A stretch of DNA of 64,000 nucleotides, taken from NCBI GenBank assembly GCA_032718475.1, contig JAUCBJ010002659.1, forward strand, positions 62,001-126,000, given 5' to 3'. The DNA comes from Nemertoderma westbladi (taxonomy: Eukaryota; Animalia; Xenacoelomorpha). The notes below the pieces were generated by a model, which saw only the letters and a list, made by a program, of their open reading frames with translations, was not told the DNA's origin and did not search any database. Made by a program: the position numbers and the translations under genes. Positions 59,080 to 64,000 of this stretch are shown here, one piece after another (position 1 is the stretch's first letter; every line of letters begins with the position of its first letter).

Positions 59080-62000
59080 ACAGGCAATAAACACTAAACA
59101 GAAACTACAGTACAGTAAGTTCATTAAACTTCGCGAACGGTGATGTAAAAGTCAAGGATTATCAATAATTAATTGATGAAAATTTAGATACGTAAAATGA
59201 AATAATAAATAAATATAAGAATGATTTAAAAAAAATTAAAAAATGTATTTTTAAAATAAATGTAAAAAGTATTTTTTTGCAGTTGTACTGTAGTAGGCCT
59301 GCATTTCTTTGAAAACTCCGCACCAAATAAATTAACACGAACGCAAATTTGTTAAAGTAAAATAATTGAGTCTGCAAGACTTATTTTTTTCACACATTAA
59401 ACTGTTATGTGCAAAATTTGATGTTTGGAAAAGAAATATTATATTGAATTGAATTGAGCACTCAAGACTCAAAGTGTAACAAACTTTGAATTTTGGGTGA
59501 TAGGCATCACATTCTGGAAAATGGCCACAAACGATGTGAATAGAAATAGATCGTACTGTAGACGTTAAAGTTATTCTGCCAAGTTTCAGCTCCGCATATA
59601 ACCGGCAAGTCTTAGGACGTTCTAACGTCGTTCTAACGCAAAGAGTCTAAACTTTAAAGAGCCTCTAACTCCATTAATAGCAGCTACAATTTTTGCTACC
59701 GCAACTACCGCTACCGCAAAAAGTAACTACCGTACTATCCCTGCACTACACTAAGGTTCCATCTTGGTGTAGTCAGGTTGCATTGAATTCACATCTCTCC
59801 AGAGTTCGATCCTTGCATGGGGGCCCAGGCAATTTTCATTTCGGCAAGAATTATTTAAAGGGACTAACCAGGGTGCATCTCTTCCCACTAGCATACCGAG
59901 GAATCGGTAAAGGGCGTGGCCATATCTATGCCGGACTTTGGCACTACCACCTCCCACCTCTTCCACCCCCACCCCCCCCCCCCTCCCCCCCAACCAAAAG
60001 ACCCTACCAATCGGATAAAAGCGAAGAGCAACAATTGAAAAATATATTTTCATATTGATCGAAGTAGTAGGTAAAATTAAAAGGCAGTGCATTTCGAATT
60101 TTCTTTCTCATCCATTTTCAATGTTTTACAGAGATTTTCCTACGGTTTCTACGGAGACCTAATTGTAAACAAAAAATACATTTTGTACTGTGATGGGATC
60201 GTAGATCCCGACCGGGTTATATTTTGTATGCGTCGCCTGACTGCTGGTCTGCTGGTTCTTTAGGCTGAGAGCCGTTCGGGAAAATAACAGAGTTTTGTGT
60301 TCCTCAATGTTAATGTTCCAAATGATAATAGCACAGAATTAGTAATGTGACTGATATCGCAATACAGAATGAATGACTGCAGTAAATCGGTAATAGATAT
60401 TAGTTGGCGACGGTCGAAAACTATGACTGGTCTGCAACTCTGTGATTAATGAACTGACCGGTAAATCAGTAATACAGAATAATATATGATTAACACACAC
60501 GGATATTGGTTTCACCTCTTACTCTACTTGGCCTTCTGTACCCAGTGGATGCTCTCCTATCTCTTTTCACGTGCTCCCCTGCCTGCTATTGGCTTACATA
60601 CTAATTGTCACTTTGGCACTCCCTGTGAGTGTTTCCCCCCACCGCTAGCCTTTACAAGCTATGTTCTCCCTCCGAGGTGGTTTGACCTCTCACCTCTCTC
60701 TGTGGCTTTAGGGCTTGTATCGCCCCCCCCCCCCCCCCCCAAAGTTGGTTATGAGGCGAGATTATTATTGGTAATCTCGTATCCCCAACTATATTGGTAA
60801 AATGCCACTGGTCCCATTTTCGGGTGGATAGTGCAATGGAATTGAATCCGCTTACATGTACATACGATTTGTGGGTCTTAAACACACCACCTTCAGGGGG
60901 ACGTGAATTCAAGGCAATGGATTAAACCGCTACGGCTTAATTAGATAACTTCTGATAGTTAAATTTTTGAGGAATTTTTTTTTACTATCTTTCAAGGGGG
61001 ACGCTATAGCCACACGGTCTCCCCCTCGGTACGCTAGTGTACTCTTCCTTGCATCCTTACTTGAGTGGTAGCTACATGAGTACTGGAGTTTCCTCTTGTA
61101 ATTCTCTGGGACCGCACTGGAAATAAGACTTTGTGCGTAATCACTGGCCTACCGGCCGAAGATAACTTTACTTTTACTTTACCTTCACTGTAACCTACTC
61201 CTTTTCATTAATATATTAAATTTAATTATTGAATCGATGCTATCAATATTTTAATTAGGAGGCCCCTATGTGAATTAGAATGGATTTAACAAAATTTTCG
61301 TTAAAAAATAACATTTTTCTGATATTATATTTTTTAGAGCAATGGAGCCTTAAGTTCCACAGGCGTCTTTAAATAAATAATGAGTCTCTTAATACGTTAT
61401 TTTAGGGCTCTACAGTATTATGCAGCTCTTTAGGTTGCGTTGCTGAGTATATAGTTGACCATGCGAGTACACATGAGTAGATCAGTATAAACAATATAGA
61501 CAGTATAGAGTAAACATAATCGGGATCGTGGGTGGCACTACACATTATCAGTGGATGTTTTTATATTGAATCATTAACAAGAATAAAGGGATGCCGCATA
61601 TGGAAATTTTCATACATCAAAGGGACCGCATATGGAAAAGTTAGTTCTCTGTTATTGATCTGCTCATCCCCTAAACAGAAGGCTAACAGAGAACATTTAA
61701 ACAGCGAACTAAAATAGGTAAATTGCTCACCAAATTTGCACTCTCTGATAAAACCCTCTGTTAATGCTCTCTGTTTAAGTTAACAGAAGGCATTAACAGA
61801 GAACCAATTACTCATCGCCCCAGGTCACTGGCGAAAACATATTTAAGTTAGGGGGGGGGGGGGGGGGGGTGTTGCGATCTATTACAGGTGATCAAAGTAG
61901 TATTATAGCCAACTTAAATACGGATATTAGTCTACTATTACACCATGAGGATGGAAAAATACCATCAACACTTTGTTGCACTTGTTGCTTTTAAAACTTG

Positions 62001-62107
62001 TTGCTTATAGAAGGATAACTAAATTATCCAATAAAAAAAACGGAGAGGCTTGGGTGGGAGGTTTAAATTGTGTTGTAAGATAACATTCAAAAATGCTGAT
62101 AGGAAAT

Positions 62108-63490
62108 GGCAGTGATTTTTTATGTCAATTTATTTGACTTTTTTTTTACGAATTATGCATAATGACTTTTGTTGTCCATTTAATGACTTTTATTGTCACT
62201 TTTTATGTATGTATTTCTTCAAACTGTCAGACTGCTGATTTCTGGACTGTCAGACAGTTGATTTCACTATGCCTGTGCCAAAACATTCCATGATTCCATG
62301 ATTTATAGACTATGAGATAGATTTCCATATGCGCCTGTGGTAAAAAGACTCTATATTTAATAGTTTGTGGTTGTTGTCGATAATCGATTACCACATGACG
62401 TAGCAAAACACTCATTTTATAGCCAAAAACAATTACCAATTGATGGAAAGGAGCAGGTTAAGGCCGAGTTTTCTAACCAAAACAATAAACAGTCACTTTA
62501 CCAAATCAGGGAAAGGAGCAGGTTACAGAGACGGGATTTTCTAACCAAAACAATAAACGATCATTTAACTAATTGAGGGAAAGGAGCAGGTTACAGAGAC
62601 GGGATTTTCTAACCAAAACAATAAACGATAACATTACCAATTGAGAGAAAGGAGCAGGTTACAGAGGCGGGATTTTCTAACCAAAACAATAAACGATAAC
62701 ATTACCAATTGAGGGAAAGGAGCAGGTTACAGAGGCGGGATTTCCAAACCAAAACAATAAACGATCACTTAAACTAATTGAGGGAAAGGAGCAGGTTACA
62801 GAGGCGGGATTTTCTAACCAAAACAATAAACAGTCACTTTACCAAATCAGGGAAAGGAGCAGGTTACAGAGACGGGATTTTCTAACCAAAACAATAAACG
62901 ATCATTTAACTAATTGGGGGAAAGGAGCAGGTTACAGAGACGGGATTTTCTAACCAAAACAATAAACGATCATTTAACTAATTGAGGGAAAGGGGCAGGT
63001 TACAGAGGCGGGCCTTCTGTGCTGTTGGAAGTAGTGGAGCCGCTATCCGTAACACTACTCAGACAGTAGTCATGATCCATTATTGATTATAAAACTAATA
63101 CAGTAAGGCCTAAATTATGTGAAAGGTACAGTATATCCACATTTTCCACAATCCTGCAATCCAGTTTCGCCTATCAATTATTTAAAATTTATTAGCACAA
63201 CCGATAGGCCTACCATTACCGTATTTAAATGGTAGGCTACACAGTAGGCCTATAGCAGTACCAGTGCCGGTACCGGTACTAAAATACAGAAATACCTGCT
63301 TTATACCTACATCTGTACATACAATACAGCAAAATAGTGCTATATATATACTAACCGGTACTGATAGCCTGAGAGAACAGCAGTAGAGAAACCGGTAGCA
63401 TGGAACCTAACATTAGACTTTTGGATGACATAAAAAATCAAAAAAAATTGACAAAAAAAGGATAAAAATGGACAATAAAAATTATTGCGA
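62108..63490. mobile_element. MITE with internal ~59-bp tandem repeats, copy 2
   Basis: Collinear with 15307-16813; TSD TAGGAAAT (62100-62107 / 63491-63498). Confidence 0.85.
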
Positions 63491-63498
63491 TAGGAAAT

Positions 63499-64000
63499 TG
63501 TTATTTATAGTTTATAGGTGTCTTTGGGTCGGTTTTTTTATTCTTGCGATAATTTTATGGAGCCAACATGGTGATGCATAGGTTATTATCGGTAGAATCA
63601 TAGATTTGTACATATTTAATTTCGATAGAGCGGTAAGATTTGATGCACAGTTACGTTTTATTAGTTGGAAGGCCATGTTTCCTTTACTGCATTTTTCAGT
63701 TACGTGAGCGGTCCAGGTAATATTCGATGGGAAGGTGACTCCCAGATCTTTTTCTGAGGTGGTTCGTTCTATCGGATGGATATTAATAAATTTTACGTTG
63801 GACTGCCCTTGAAAGATAAGTTGTTTACATTTGCTGATGTTAAATTCAACACCGTTACTTTGACTCCAGACTGATAATTTATTTAAATCGTCTTGTATTT
63901 GTGGGGGATTGGTTGTCGGATATATGGAAACAAGTTTGCAATCGTCAGCGAGTAGATAAGGGTCTGTTTGTGTGCAAATGTTCGGTAGGTCATTCGATTC
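63499..64000 (-). pseudogene. CR1-clade LINE RT fragment (runs off window)
   Basis: NDLPNI..LLADDCKL, QDDLNKLSVWS, FNISKCK, EKDLGV, YKSMILPIITYASPCW. Confidence 0.85.

Larger units (their letters stand above)
55370..61820 (+). mobile_element. PIF/Harbinger DNA transposon (disrupted)
   Basis: Imperfect TIRs GGGCTATGAGCAATTG..CTCTGTTAA / TTAACAGAG..CAATTACTCATCGCCC; 3-bp TSD CAG (55367-55369 / 61821-61823); subterminal TAACAGAG repeats; transposase inside. Confidence 0.85.

Noticed and set aside
4288-61870. Scattered poly-G/poly-C tracts as G-quadruplex regulatory elements
   Set aside because: Mostly within MITE ends or other repeats, and homopolymer lengths are error-prone; no positional pattern.

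Overview
Repeat-rich eukaryotic (metazoan, probably marine invertebrate) genomic DNA; the species cannot be identified from sequence alone. The left third holds two tandem, intron-poor ABCA3-like lipid transporter genes: a partial copy at 3-2624 and a complete 4-exon, ~1705-aa copy at 15055-24787. Oppositely oriented 30-bp and 15-bp minisatellite arrays lie between them. The middle holds a perfect 45-bp array and a 24-bp satellite carrying nested insertions (hAT MITE, MULE-like MITE, and a CRE-type RLE retrotransposon interrupted by a 1.9-kb solo LTR). The most unusual locus is 46.5-54.5 kb. A decayed BEL/Pao gag-protease (minus strand) and an intact 755-aa herpesvirus-gB-like class III fusion glycoprotein ORF (plus strand) diverge from a single putative 2.47-kb LTR. 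Where the primer-binding site should be, there is a perfect 53-bp inverted repeat enclosing a tRNA-like Pol III unit, and a second tRNA-like unit sits in U3. The right end has a Harbinger transposon disrupted by an RTE LINE, a second MITE copy and CR1 remnants. All family assignments come from motif recognition by eye, not database searches.
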